DNA of 26,971 bases, taken from an uncultured Flavobacteriales bacterium (GTDB lineage: Bacteria; Bacteroidota; Bacteroidia; Flavobacteriales_D; Sanyastnellaceae). Made by a program: the position numbers and the translations under genes. Position 1 is the first letter of the stretch; the number at the start of each line of letters is the position of its first letter. The stretch is from the NCBI GenBank assembly GCA_937890245.1, contig CALACF010000427.1, positions 1 to 26,971 of the forward strand. Direction: 5' to 3'. This document shows, piece after piece, positions 8,146 to 16,884 of the stretch. Below the pieces are notes generated by a model. That model was not told where the DNA came from. It saw nothing but the letters and a program-made list of their open reading frames with translations, and did no database searches.

Positions 8146-9054
8146 TTACAGCAAGGTCGCCATGGCGGCTAAAACCAACAGCGCCCAAAGCGCGGCGGAG
8201 CCCCAGTACTTTTTCCGCGGAACGGTCGCTGGCACATTCCACGCGGCGAACAAAACGAACCAGCCGCAGGGGGTGTGATCGGGGTGAAAAGCCCATGCGG
8301 CAGCCAAAGCCACAGCACTCCAAGTCGAAGTCATCATGCGGGTCCGACGGGATTGGGCTGTGGCTGTCGAGAGTTTTTGTGTCCGAATCACCAAGCCCAC
8401 GGTGGCCCAGATCAACACGAGCCAGAACGGCCACAGCGCAAGGGGCTCAAGCGAGAAAACCCGCAAATCAGGTACTGAATCCAGCAGCATGACCCACGCC
8501 TCCGGACCACGCCAAAGCCACCATACGGCCGCCGCTATCCACCACGGCGTCAGCGCCCCCATGGCCCAAGCCATGATCGTCGCCGGGCGCAAGCGCATCA
8601 TGTGCGCCATCCCCGCAAGCAACGCCGGCACGCCCCACACGAAGCTGAAGTCAAAAAGTGAGGCTGTTCCCGCGATGAACGAAGCGGCAAACATCAGGCC
8701 CGTGGCAAGCTGCTCCGAACGCACCATCAGGGCCAAGCGCATGGAAAACACCACGGCAAACAGCCCCGTGAAGACCTCCTGTTGCGCGCCTTGCGCCAGC
8801 AGCACCGTCCCCACCACGGCCGCCGTCCACGACGGGAGTGCAGTGGGCCGATCGCTCATACCCGATGACATGTGGGCGATGTGAATTGCGCGTACAGTGG
8901 CGATCAAAATCAGCCATGACACACCAAATTCTCTACATATTTCGGCCGCATTGAAATTCCCTGAAATGCCAGCCCACACTGATAAAACAAGCACCGAAGA
9001 CAGCGGCACAGCCAGCCATGCAATGGGTTGATTCGATTCAAGTGTCCTTAACAT
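8146..9054 (-). CDS. Multi-pass membrane protein, DUF6427-like
   Basis: 302 aa with many hydrophobic segments. Size and position near purD and a small membrane ORF match my recollection of DUF6427 loci in Bacteroidota. The family name is unverified. Confidence 0.65.
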   Translation of the reverse strand: MLRTLESNQPIAWLAVPLSSVLVLSVWAGISGNFNAAEICREFGVSWLILIATVRAIHIAHMSSGMSDRPTALPSWTAAVVGTVLLAQGAQQEVFTGLFAVVFSMRLALMVRSEQLATGLMFAASFIAGTASLFDFSFVWGVPALLAGMAHMMRLRPATIMAWAMGALTPWWIAAAVWWLWRGPEAWVMLLDSVPDLRVFSLEPLALWPFWLVLIWATVGLVIRTQKLSTATAQSRRTRMMTSTWSAVALAAAWAFHPDHTPCGWFVLFAAWNVPATVPRKKYWGSAALWALLVLAAMATLL

Positions 9055-9067
9055 GCGCCCTTGTTCC

Positions 9068-9075
9068 TATTTTTG
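9068..9075 (+). promoter_or_regulatory. -7 promoter element for the small ORF at 9100
   Basis: TATTTTTG is an exact TAnnTTTG match, 24 nt upstream of ATG 9100. Confidence 0.6.
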
Positions 9076-9099
9076 CACCCGTTCAATCAGCGAAAGGTC

Positions 9100-9267
9100 A
9101 TGAATCTGCAGGAAATCCTCACACCCATTGCGAAGTTCGCCGAAGAAACCTTCGAGCTCATTTTGGTGCCGATGAGTGGCCCGTTCAATACCGCAGTTAT
9201 CATTCTGACACTGTGCAGTTTGGCCGTTTGGTTGCGCACGATGAAGCGCCGGGAAAAAGCCGGCTGA
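9100..9267 (+). CDS. Small (55 aa) membrane protein, possibly DUF6341-like
   Basis: MNLQEILTPIAKFAEETFELILVPMSGPFNTAVIILTLCSLAVWLRTMKRREKAG: an amphipathic N-terminus, one hydrophobic helix and a basic tail. It fills the gap between the DUF6427-like gene and purD and has its own exact -7 motif. Confidence 0.65.
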   Translation: MNLQEILTPIAKFAEETFELILVPMSGPFNTAVIILTLCSLAVWLRTMKRREKAG

Positions 9268-9300
9268 ACGCTTATTCTGCGCACCAGTCAAGGGCGTAAA

Positions 9301-10602
9301 TCACTTGACCGGGATGGCCAATCTGCCAATATCTGAACGTTGGATTTTTCCCTCAAAGTCAACCTTTCCGGCCAACTCATAGGCCGCGTCAATCGCCTTT
9401 TCTAAATCTGCGCCCATGCCGACGCACGCAGCAACGCGTCCGCCCGATGTAACCACGCCGTCGCCGCTATTTTCCGTGCCCGCGTGGAACAGCATTTGCG
9501 TGGCGCCGTCCTCCTCAAGCGTTTTCGGTGAGGGCGCCTCGAACGACTTTCCCTTCTTGTAAGCGCCTGGATATCCCTCTGATGCCAATACAACACTGGC
9601 CGCCGCTCCTGCGCGCTCGACCACGTGCATTTCGCTGAGCATGCCCGTCGTCAGGCCATCGAACAAGTGTAGCAAGTCAGACTCAAGTCTGGCCAGTACG
9701 ACCTGTGCTTCAGGATCGCCCATGCGCACATTGTACTCGATGAGATAAGGATCGCCCGCCACCTTCATCAGTCCGAAGAAAATGAATCCGCAGTACGGAA
9801 TGCCGTCCCTTTCCAGGCCGCGAATAGTTGGGATGATGACCTGGTTCTTTACCTTCTCCATGAACTCAGGTGTCAGATGTGGCACCGGACTGATCGCGCC
9901 CATGCCCCCTGTGTTCGGGCCCGTGTCATCGTCGCCGATCCGCTTGTAATCCATGGCCGATGGCAGCATCCGCCAAGACTGACCGTCGGTGAGAACGAAC
10001 ATGCTGACCTCGATGCCAGTCAAAAATTGCTCGATGACGACTTCCCTTCCGGCCCTGCCAAATGAAGCCCCCTTGAGCATTTCACTGACGGCCTTTTTTG
10101 CCTCCTGCAACTTTTCCGTGATGATCACCCCCTTGCCAGCAGCCAATCCACTGGCCTTGATGACGTAGGGCGCTTTGAGCGTATCGAGATAAGCCTGGGC
10201 CGCACGAATTTCACCTTTGTAAAACGATGCGTACTTGGCGGTTGGAATGCGGTGGCGCTCCATAAACTCCTTCGAAAAGCACTTGCTGCTCTCGAGCTGA
10301 GCGCCTGCTTTGCTCGGTCCTACAATTGCGACGTTGTTCAACGAGGCGTCCGCTCGGAACGCATCCACGAGGCCTTCTGCAAGTGGCGCTTCTGGGCCAA
10401 CGACGATCATGTCGATAGATTCAGCCACACAGAAATCGCCCAAGGCCCTGAAGTCCATGATGTCCAGCGCGACATTCTCGCCAAGCATATCCGTTCCCGC
10501 ATTCCCTGGTGCGATGAACATTTTATCTAGCAATGAGCTCTGAGACAGCTTCCAAGCCATCGCGTGCTCACGCCCCCCCGATCCGAGTATCAAAACGCGC
10601 AT
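9301..10602 (-). CDS. purD: Phosphoribosylamine--glycine ligase
   Basis: 433 aa. Motifs LGSGGREHA, APGNAG, VVGPEAPL, LESSKCFSKEFM, KASGLAAGKGV, DYKRIGDDDTGPNTGGMGA, EYNVRMGDPE, FHAGT and TSGGRV. Confidence 0.98.
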   Translation of the reverse strand: MRVLILGSGGREHAMAWKLSQSSLLDKMFIAPGNAGTDMLGENVALDIMDFRALGDFCVAESIDMIVVGPEAPLAEGLVDAFRADASLNNVAIVGPSKAGAQLESSKCFSKEFMERHRIPTAKYASFYKGEIRAAQAYLDTLKAPYVIKASGLAAGKGVIITEKLQEAKKAVSEMLKGASFGRAGREVVIEQFLTGIEVSMFVLTDGQSWRMLPSAMDYKRIGDDDTGPNTGGMGAISPVPHLTPEFMEKVKNQVIIPTIRGLERDGIPYCGFIFFGLMKVAGDPYLIEYNVRMGDPEAQVVLARLESDLLHLFDGLTTGMLSEMHVVERAGAAASVVLASEGYPGAYKKGKSFEAPSPKTLEEDGATQMLFHAGTENSGDGVVTSGGRVAACVGMGADLEKAIDAAYELAGKVDFEGKIQRSDIGRLAIPVK

Positions 10603-10620
10603 TCCCTTTCAATTGTTCGT

Positions 10621-10628
10621 CAAAACTA
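10621..10628 (-). promoter_or_regulatory. -7 promoter element for purD
   Basis: The minus strand reads TAGTTTTG, an exact TAnnTTTG match, 18 nt upstream of the purD ATG. Confidence 0.6.
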
Positions 10629-10671
10629 AACCCAACAGCGCTGCCGTAGCGCTCGTCTTTTCAACAGCGTT

Positions 10672-10679
10672 TACCTTCG
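10672..10679 (+). promoter_or_regulatory. -7 promoter-like element for the glycosyltransferase fusion
   Basis: TACCTTCG, a TAnnTTCG variant, 18 nt upstream of GTG 10698 and divergent from the purD promoter. Confidence 0.5.
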
Positions 10680-10697
10680 GCGCAATTCTGCCGCTTC

Positions 10698-12509
10698 GTG
10701 ACCGAATCTTCTGCGCAAACCAACCTCCTCGAGGGGCTCCTCGCCCCAGTCCCCACCCTATCCGTAGTGGTGATCACGCACAATGAGGACCACAACATCG
10801 CTGCGTGCTTGGAGTCCGTCTTCGCTTGGGCAGACGACTTGGTCGTGGTCGACAGCCACAGCACCGACCGCACAGCAGCCATCGCGGAATCGCTTGGAGC
10901 CCGTGTCTTCCAGCGCAAATGGGCCGGCTACTCCGCTACCAAAAATTGGGCAAATGAGCAGGCCAAGGGGGAGTGGATTCTGAGTCTGGACGCCGATGAA
11001 GTGGTGTCCGAAACGCTGCAGCACTCGATTTTAGAGTTCCTGAAAACCGCCGGGGACAACGCGGCCGGGTCTGCTGGGGCGACGCGGGCAATTTCAATGG
11101 GCGCCGAGATGAACCGCCTCACCCAATACTGCGGCGTCTGGGTCTGGCACAGCGGTTGGTACCCCGATCGAAAAGTCCGGTTGTGGAAAAAAAACACGGC
11201 CATGTGGCGAGGCGAGCTGCATGAAACCTTGGTTTTTGACGAGCCGCGCCATGCCAATTTGACCAGGCTCCACGGAAATATCCTGCACTTCAGTTACCCC
11301 TCCGCGGAAACACACTACGCCCAAATAGAGAAGTTTGGGCGGATTTGGGCACTGGGGAAGTTTCGGAAAGGGAAGCAGGTTGGACGCGCCAAGGGCGCCT
11401 TGAAAGTTGGCGCTCAATGGGCCAAGACGTACTTGGTCAAGGGCGGGTTTCGCGACGGCCGTACGGGCTGGGTGATCGCCCGGCGAAGCGCCTTTGCCAC
11501 AGCGCGAAAGCTGCAAATACTTCGGGGCCTTGGGCGTGCGAAGGCCGCGAAGCGCTTCATAATTTGTCGGACGGACGCCATCGGTGACGTCGTGCTCAGT
11601 CTGCCGATTGCCGCCGCCATCAAGGCCGATCGCCCCGATGCGCACGTGGCCTTCTGCGTTCGCGCGTATGCCGCAGCTGTGGTTGCCTGCAGCCCATTCG
11701 TTGATGAAATCTTGATCTGGGACCCCGGGCAGGAAAATTTCTCCCAGGAGCCGGGGGCTTTCGATGCGGGGGTGTTGGCGTTTCCTGACTCCGCTGTTTT
11801 GAAAGCTTTGCGCGCTATCAAGGTCGGCCGAATCGCCGGTACCGGTCGGAGGCTTCACACCGTTGCACGGCTAAACGACCCGGTGTGGAGTGGGCGCAAA
11901 TTCTCTGGCCTCCACGAAGCGGAGCACGGCCTAAAGCTGCTCGAGCGTTGGGGGATCCCGCCGTTGGAGGGCGACCAGTTAGACGCTGCTACACGCTTGA
12001 ATGCACCGCCGCCGAGCGCAGCGGTTGAGCTGCTTTTGGATGGAAAAACGCCCGTGCTGATACACCCCGGGTCGGCGGGAAGCGCGGGAAATTGGCCTGT
12101 CGAAAAATTTGCTGAATTGGGCCGCACGCTTGTGGAACACGGGCATCGGGTGCTGGTAACGGGCACGGAGGACGAGGGCGTGGAATTTCGCGATGCATTT
12201 CCCTGGAGCACCGGACTGGTCGACACAACCGGTCAGCTTCGTCTCGAAGAGCTCATCGCGCTCATAGGCCAATCCGAATTGCTGGTCGCATCGAGCACGG
12301 GGCCCCTGCATATTGCCGCCGGCATAGGCATCCGATGCTTGGGGCTGTACCAAGCACAGGCGCCCATGTGGCCCGCTCGCTGGGCGCCAATCGGTCCCAA
12401 GGCCAGCTGGATCGCAGCCGACAGCCTGGACGCCAATGGCCATCTGGATCTTTCCGTTCAAGAGGTCACGGAGGCCTTGGGTGCTTTCAATCAGCCCGCC
12501 AGCCGCTGA
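10698..12509 (+). CDS. Fused glycosyltransferase: N-terminal GT2 (WaaE/LgtF-like) + C-terminal GT9 (heptosyltransferase-like)
   Basis: 603 aa. The GT2 half has LSVVVITHNE, VVVDSHSTDRT, KNWA, ILSLDADE, WYPDRKVRLW and LHE. The GT9 half has IICRTDAIGDVVLSLP, IHPGSAGSAGNWP, VLVTG and STGPLHIAAG. Confidence 0.88.
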   Translation: MTESSAQTNLLEGLLAPVPTLSVVVITHNEDHNIAACLESVFAWADDLVVVDSHSTDRTAAIAESLGARVFQRKWAGYSATKNWANEQAKGEWILSLDADEVVSETLQHSILEFLKTAGDNAAGSAGATRAISMGAEMNRLTQYCGVWVWHSGWYPDRKVRLWKKNTAMWRGELHETLVFDEPRHANLTRLHGNILHFSYPSAETHYAQIEKFGRIWALGKFRKGKQVGRAKGALKVGAQWAKTYLVKGGFRDGRTGWVIARRSAFATARKLQILRGLGRAKAAKRFIICRTDAIGDVVLSLPIAAAIKADRPDAHVAFCVRAYAAAVVACSPFVDEILIWDPGQENFSQEPGAFDAGVLAFPDSAVLKALRAIKVGRIAGTGRRLHTVARLNDPVWSGRKFSGLHEAEHGLKLLERWGIPPLEGDQLDAATRLNAPPPSAAVELLLDGKTPVLIHPGSAGSAGNWPVEKFAELGRTLVEHGHRVLVTGTEDEGVEFRDAFPWSTGLVDTTGQLRLEELIALIGQSELLVASSTGPLHIAAGIGIRCLGLYQAQAPMWPARWAPIGPKASWIAADSLDANGHLDLSVQEVTEALGAFNQPASR

Positions 12510-14031
12510 GAAGTACGGCGCCCCAGGCCACCAATGTCACACCGGACTGCGTTTCCAAGGTGTCTTCCGTCAAGAAGGCCATGGCCACCATTGCGATAAA
12601 TGGCAAGAGCAGGCCAGCCGAACCCTCTCGCAGGCCTTGATACATTCCCAGGGCCAGCCACCCCAGCAAGGCAAACAAGCCGAACAAGCCAAATGCTTCC
12701 CAGAGCGCCAGGTACTGGTTGTGGGCGCGGTGCCTAAATGCAGGTTCCAGCGCGCTGTTAATTTGCTCGTACGCAGCGGCCGTCGCAGAAGGCACGTCGC
12801 CCGTTCCGACGCCGCCGAGCGGATGCGCGCTGACCACAGCCCAAGCCGCCCTCAAGTGTTCGATACGCTGCAAAGCCGAACTGCCCTGCACGCCCTGCCC
12901 GTCGCGCCACCGTCCCAAGGCAAACTGCAGCCGATTCCAGCGGACAACCAAGCCGCTTCCGTGGAGCTCAACGGTGGAGGGCACACCGCGTTCGATGGCC
13001 GCAATTTCAACTGAACTCAGGGACGCAACCCCTTCTGCATCTTTTGGTTGGCCTTTTGAGGCAAGGAATCGGATAAGGGTGCCAGAGAGGGATTGGCCCC
13101 GCAAATTTTTCCCGTTGAAGGACCGCGTACTGCGCTGATTCCAAGCGTAGGCCAATTCTCCCCAGGCCACCGACGCCCAAACAAAGTGGCCATTTTCTTG
13201 GATGAAGCTGCCGTCGACATGTTCGTATAACTCGCCCGCGGCCGAGTGCGTGGGGAGGTCCTCGGCGTGCAAGGGTTCGCCCGCGGCTGACATCCCGACT
13301 TTCAGCAAGATCACCGCCGCGAGAATCACAACGGCACCAGTGGTCCAAGCCGTGCGGAAACGGCGCCGCTGTGACCAGCCACTCGGCAGGGCCCACCATG
13401 GCGCAAGCACCGCCAACATGACAAAACCTGTCACGGCTTGCATCCACCAGAGGCCTCCCAGCACCGCTGCCAGAACGGCCCACCACCAGCAACGGGTCTT
13501 TGTCTGTGCATGTGAAAAATACCTGGCGACGACCACGGAAAACGCCAGCATCATACCAAAGCGAACATGCGATATGTAGACAGAAACCGCCCGTCCTTGG
13601 CCAAACGATTCAGCAAAAAAGGCGGCGTTCAAGAACAGCCCCAACAAGGCCGCCATCACGGCGAAGAGGAAGACTTTCAAGGCCCGGTCTCGGTCCTTGC
13701 GGACCATCGGCGGCACGGCCAATCCGGCCAATCCCAGGGCCAGCATGGGCAATTTTGCGCGCAAGTCATGCAGGCCGTACGTCCAATCTTCGGACCAAGC
13801 CATTCCGATAGTATGCAGCACGTATAGAGCGATCAAGCCGACGGAAACCCAGTTCAAGGAACGGTTCAACGTGGGGGAGGAAGCTCGCGAATCGCGGCCC
13901 CGGCGCATCGCGCAATCCGCAAGCCACACCGCCCCAAGCAGGCCCGTCGCTATGCTCATCATCGCATTGGAAAATGGCAGCGCCAAGGCCACCAGCGAAA
14001 ATGCCCAGCAATATGCGCGTGGAAAATTCAC
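12487..14031 (-). CDS. O-antigen ligase (WaaL/Wzy_C) family membrane protein
   Basis: 514 aa polytopic membrane protein with a large soluble loop followed by HPLGGVGTGD and RAHNQYL (conserved His). Its ATG overlaps the S41 protease stop (ATGA at 14028-14031). Confidence 0.85.
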   Translation of the reverse strand: MNFPRAYCWAFSLVALALPFSNAMMSIATGLLGAVWLADCAMRRGRDSRASSPTLNRSLNWVSVGLIALYVLHTIGMAWSEDWTYGLHDLRAKLPMLALGLAGLAVPPMVRKDRDRALKVFLFAVMAALLGLFLNAAFFAESFGQGRAVSVYISHVRFGMMLAFSVVVARYFSHAQTKTRCWWWAVLAAVLGGLWWMQAVTGFVMLAVLAPWWALPSGWSQRRRFRTAWTTGAVVILAAVILLKVGMSAAGEPLHAEDLPTHSAAGELYEHVDGSFIQENGHFVWASVAWGELAYAWNQRSTRSFNGKNLRGQSLSGTLIRFLASKGQPKDAEGVASLSSVEIAAIERGVPSTVELHGSGLVVRWNRLQFALGRWRDGQGVQGSSALQRIEHLRAAWAVVSAHPLGGVGTGDVPSATAAAYEQINSALEPAFRHRAHNQYLALWEAFGLFGLFALLGWLALGMYQGLREGSAGLLLPFIAMVAMAFLTEDTLETQSGVTLVAWGAVLLSGWRAD

Positions 14032-15704
14032 TCGGCGGAAGCCCCTGGCCCGGCCAACAAAGCATCAGCCTGTGGCCCGAAAACCTTCAAGGCCCACTCA
14101 ATTAAAGGGTCGTGCTCCAAACTGAAGGCCAACACCCCATGGGCGTGGTGATGGTGCAGCACGATTTCCTCCTCAATGGCCAGCTGCACCTCGTCCTTGT
14201 GCAAACCCAAATAAGTTGCGTTGTCCTGATCGAGTCCCGATCTCAGTGCCTCCAATTCTTTCGCGACCAAGGCGTCAACCCCCTCCTCCTCGGCGAGTTT
14301 GCCCAAGGCGTCAGCCATCTCTTTTGTCATGGATTCAAAGACAAATTCCTGCGCGTCGAGAAAGTCCGCAAACTCCGCCATGTCTTGGTCAGCAAGTTGA
14401 AATTCCACCGCCGGGCCGATGCTATCATGCGCAGCACCCCATTGCACAGCGTACTTGAATATCAAGTCCTCCACGTACAGCGCGTCGACAAATGCACTCA
14501 TGTACGGCAGATCGATGGGCAGGTCTGGCAGGACGCCGCGGCCGTCGGTCACGGGGCGGCCCCCGCGTGTGGTGAATTTGCTCACCAGCGAATCAGCCCG
14601 TTGCTGGGCGTGGCCCGTTTCATCGCGATGACCGCCGTAATCCAGGCGCTGAATACAGCGCCCACTCGGGGTGTAATACTTTGAAATTGTGACCTTTAAT
14701 CGCGTGTTGAACGCCATGTCCTTTGTCTGTTGTACGAGGCCCTTCCCGAAGCTCTCAGTGCCCAAAACTACCGCGCGATCAAGATCCTGCAGCGAGCCCG
14801 ACACAATTTCAGACGCACTCGCCGAACCCTCATTGATCAGTACGATCAGCGGCAAATCCTCAGCCAATGGCTCGTTCAGGCACGCGTAGGTCTTGTCGCG
14901 GGCCGGGTCCTTTCCCCGGGTGTAAACAACATCTTCCCCCTTGGGAACAAACAGATTAACTATGCTAATTGATTCCCGCAGCAAGCCGCCGCCGTTGCCG
15001 CGAAGGTCCAACACCAGTTGCTTGATCTCCAGTGAATCGCGCAAAGAGACCAAGGCCTCTTGCACCTCTTGGGCAGACCCACGCGTGAATTTCGAGAGAT
15101 AGATATAGCCAGTCGAGTCGTTCAGAAGGCCCGAATACGGCACGGCGTCCACCCGGACCTGCGCGCGTTCAACTTCAAAGTTCAGCAGTTCTTCTCGGCC
15201 CGGGCGCTCTATCTGAATTTCAGCCGTTGTCCCGCTCTGACCCTTGAGAAAGGACGAAACCTCTTCTGTGCTCATGCCATCTGTCAGGCTCTTGCCATCA
15301 ACCGCAACCACGACATCACCCGCCACAATTCCCGCTGCATGCGCGGGATAGCCCTCGTGCACCTCAATGATCGTCGTGCGGCCGTCAATTTGATTGACCA
15401 TTGTGCCAATGCCCCCATACTCCCCCGTACTCATGAAACGCAGGTCCTCAATACGGGACTCGGGATAGTAAACTGTGTACGGGTCGAGCGATTCGAGCAT
15501 CGCGTCGATGCCGACGCGCATCAGCGTACCAGGCTCAGGCTCTTCAACATAGAAAGTATGCACGCCCTCAAATACAGATATGAAAATCTCAAGATGCTTG
15601 GTGACTTCGAAAAGTCGGCCCTTGGGCGCAAAAGCCGCAGTGGTCAACAAAGCGCCAATGCCTATCAAGACGATGAGCGTGCGGCGGGGTCTCTGTGCGT
15701 TCAT
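14028..15704 (-). CDS. S41 family C-terminal processing protease (CtpA/Prc-like)
   Basis: Signal/TM segment RRTLIVLIGIGALLTTAAFA, then LDPYT, the PDZ region GEYGGIG..., LDLRGNGGGLL, catalytic SASASEIVSG, GKGLVQ and YYTPSGRCIQ. I placed the start at ATG 15704, which overlaps the rnpA stop (ATGA). The ORF track starts at 15752. Confidence 0.95.
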   Translation of the reverse strand: MNAQRPRRTLIVLIGIGALLTTAAFAPKGRLFEVTKHLEIFISVFEGVHTFYVEEPEPGTLMRVGIDAMLESLDPYTVYYPESRIEDLRFMSTGEYGGIGTMVNQIDGRTTIIEVHEGYPAHAAGIVAGDVVVAVDGKSLTDGMSTEEVSSFLKGQSGTTAEIQIERPGREELLNFEVERAQVRVDAVPYSGLLNDSTGYIYLSKFTRGSAQEVQEALVSLRDSLEIKQLVLDLRGNGGGLLRESISIVNLFVPKGEDVVYTRGKDPARDKTYACLNEPLAEDLPLIVLINEGSASASEIVSGSLQDLDRAVVLGTESFGKGLVQQTKDMAFNTRLKVTISKYYTPSGRCIQRLDYGGHRDETGHAQQRADSLVSKFTTRGGRPVTDGRGVLPDLPIDLPYMSAFVDALYVEDLIFKYAVQWGAAHDSIGPAVEFQLADQDMAEFADFLDAQEFVFESMTKEMADALGKLAEEEGVDALVAKELEALRSGLDQDNATYLGLHKDEVQLAIEEEIVLHHHHAHGVLAFSLEHDPLIEWALKVFGPQADALLAGPGASAE

Positions 15705-16120
15705 GGTGGGGTAGTTCGATCCTTTTCGGGCGTTGCCAGTGTGGCTTGCCATTTCCGAATGATCTTGACCACACTGCGGTCGAGCTCCTCCAGCTTCGGC
15801 ATCTCCTTCCCTACAAAGATGAACACGGCAGCATATTGTATACCAGCCCCGCTCATTTGATTTTCAAGGTCGCCCTTGTGACGACGCCAAGCCTCGCGCA
15901 TCAGTCGCTTGATCCGATTCCGATCCACGGCACGGCCAAACCGGCGCTTGCTGACTTGTGTGGCCACTTGAATTGGAACGGCCTCGGGCAAATCGCACGG
16001 ATGCACGACCGAAAGCAGGGGGAAACCCTTCAATTTTACGCCTTTGACGAAGACTTCGTCAATCAGGTTGCGGCGCTTGAGGCGCTGCTTCTTACCAAAG
16101 GTGAGGCGCTTGATTGTCAG
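15701..16120 (-). CDS. rnpA: Ribonuclease P protein component
   Basis: RNR motif VSKRRFGRAVDRNRIKRLMREAWR. The frame stays open upstream of the ORF-track TTG (16033) through the conserved LTFGKKQRLKRRNLIDEVF, so the start must lie near 16114-16120. CTG 16120 is proposed; the start is uncertain. Confidence 0.92.
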   Translation of the reverse strand: MTIKRLTFGKKQRLKRRNLIDEVFVKGVKLKGFPLLSVVHPCDLPEAVPIQVATQVSKRRFGRAVDRNRIKRLMREAWRRHKGDLENQMSGAGIQYAAVFIFVGKEMPKLEELDRSVVKIIRKWQATLATPEKDRTTPP

Positions 16121-16863
16121 GACTTTCCGAGGATATGGTTCTCGATGGCCATCGTCATGGACGGGGCGTTTGGATTTGGCGCGGCGATGTCGATACGCAA
16201 TCCGCGCTCCTCGGCAGCCTTCCGTGTGGTCGGGCCGAAGACTGAAATCTTCGTTTTGAGCTGCTCGAACGCTGGGAAGTTCTTATACAGGCTTTCAATT
16301 CCGCTGGGTGAAAAGAAAACGAGCATGTCGTACTTCACATCCTCGAGGTCACTTAAGTCACTGCATACGGTGTTGTACATCACAGCTTTCGTGTAATCAA
16401 TACCCGCCTCGTCGAGTGCATTGGGAATCGAGTCCTTCAGGATATCTGCGCACGGCAACAAGAACTTGTCCTTCTTGTACTTCTTGATTGTAGGCAACAG
16501 CTCAGGAAAGCGGATGTTGCCATAGAAAATCTTGCGCTTGCGATAGACGATGTACTTCTGCAAGTAAAAGGCTGTCGACTCGCTTATGCAGAAATACTTG
16601 GTGTCGTCTGGCACATCGTAGCGAAGCTCTTTCGCCATGCGGAAGTAGTGATCCACCGCGTTGCGCGAGGTGAAAATAACATTGGGGTGCTCCTCAAGAA
16701 GGATCCGCTCCTGGCGAAACGATTGGCCATCGATGCCTTCCACGTGAATAAAGCTGCGGAAGTCAATTTTGAGCTTGTGCTTTGATGCCAAGTCGAAGTA
16801 GGGTGACTTTTCGGTCACCGGTTTCGGCTGGGAAATCAGAATGGTCTTCACTTTGTTGGCCAT
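16117..16863 (-). CDS. hemD: Uroporphyrinogen-III synthase (HemD) family protein
   Basis: Motifs KTILISQPKP, IFTSRNAVDHYF, MYNT, LVFFSPSGIES and FGPTT, the Bacteroidota HemD-like type. Start taken as ATG 16863 (MANKVK); GTG 16884 is an alternative. Confidence 0.85.
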   Translation of the reverse strand: MANKVKTILISQPKPVTEKSPYFDLASKHKLKIDFRSFIHVEGIDGQSFRQERILLEEHPNVIFTSRNAVDHYFRMAKELRYDVPDDTKYFCISESTAFYLQKYIVYRKRKIFYGNIRFPELLPTIKKYKKDKFLLPCADILKDSIPNALDEAGIDYTKAVMYNTVCSDLSDLEDVKYDMLVFFSPSGIESLYKNFPAFEQLKTKISVFGPTTRKAAEERGLRIDIAAPNPNAPSMTMAIENHILGKS

Positions 16864-16884
16864 GTCAAACTCATTATCAGTCAC

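Noticed and set aside
9067-9291. Minus-strand 65-74 aa ORFs as the gene between purD and the DUF6427-like gene
   Set aside because: They have no protein-like features. The plus-strand 55-aa ORF has a TM helix and an exact promoter motif.
9287-9309. GTCAAG-n11-CTTGAC hairpin as a bidirectional terminator
   Set aside because: Only a 6-bp stem with an 11-nt loop and no U-tract; too weak to call.
10636-10653. AGCGCT-n5-AGCGCT symmetry between the purD and GT promoters
   Set aside because: A short GC-rich palindrome expected by chance, with no second copy to support an operator.
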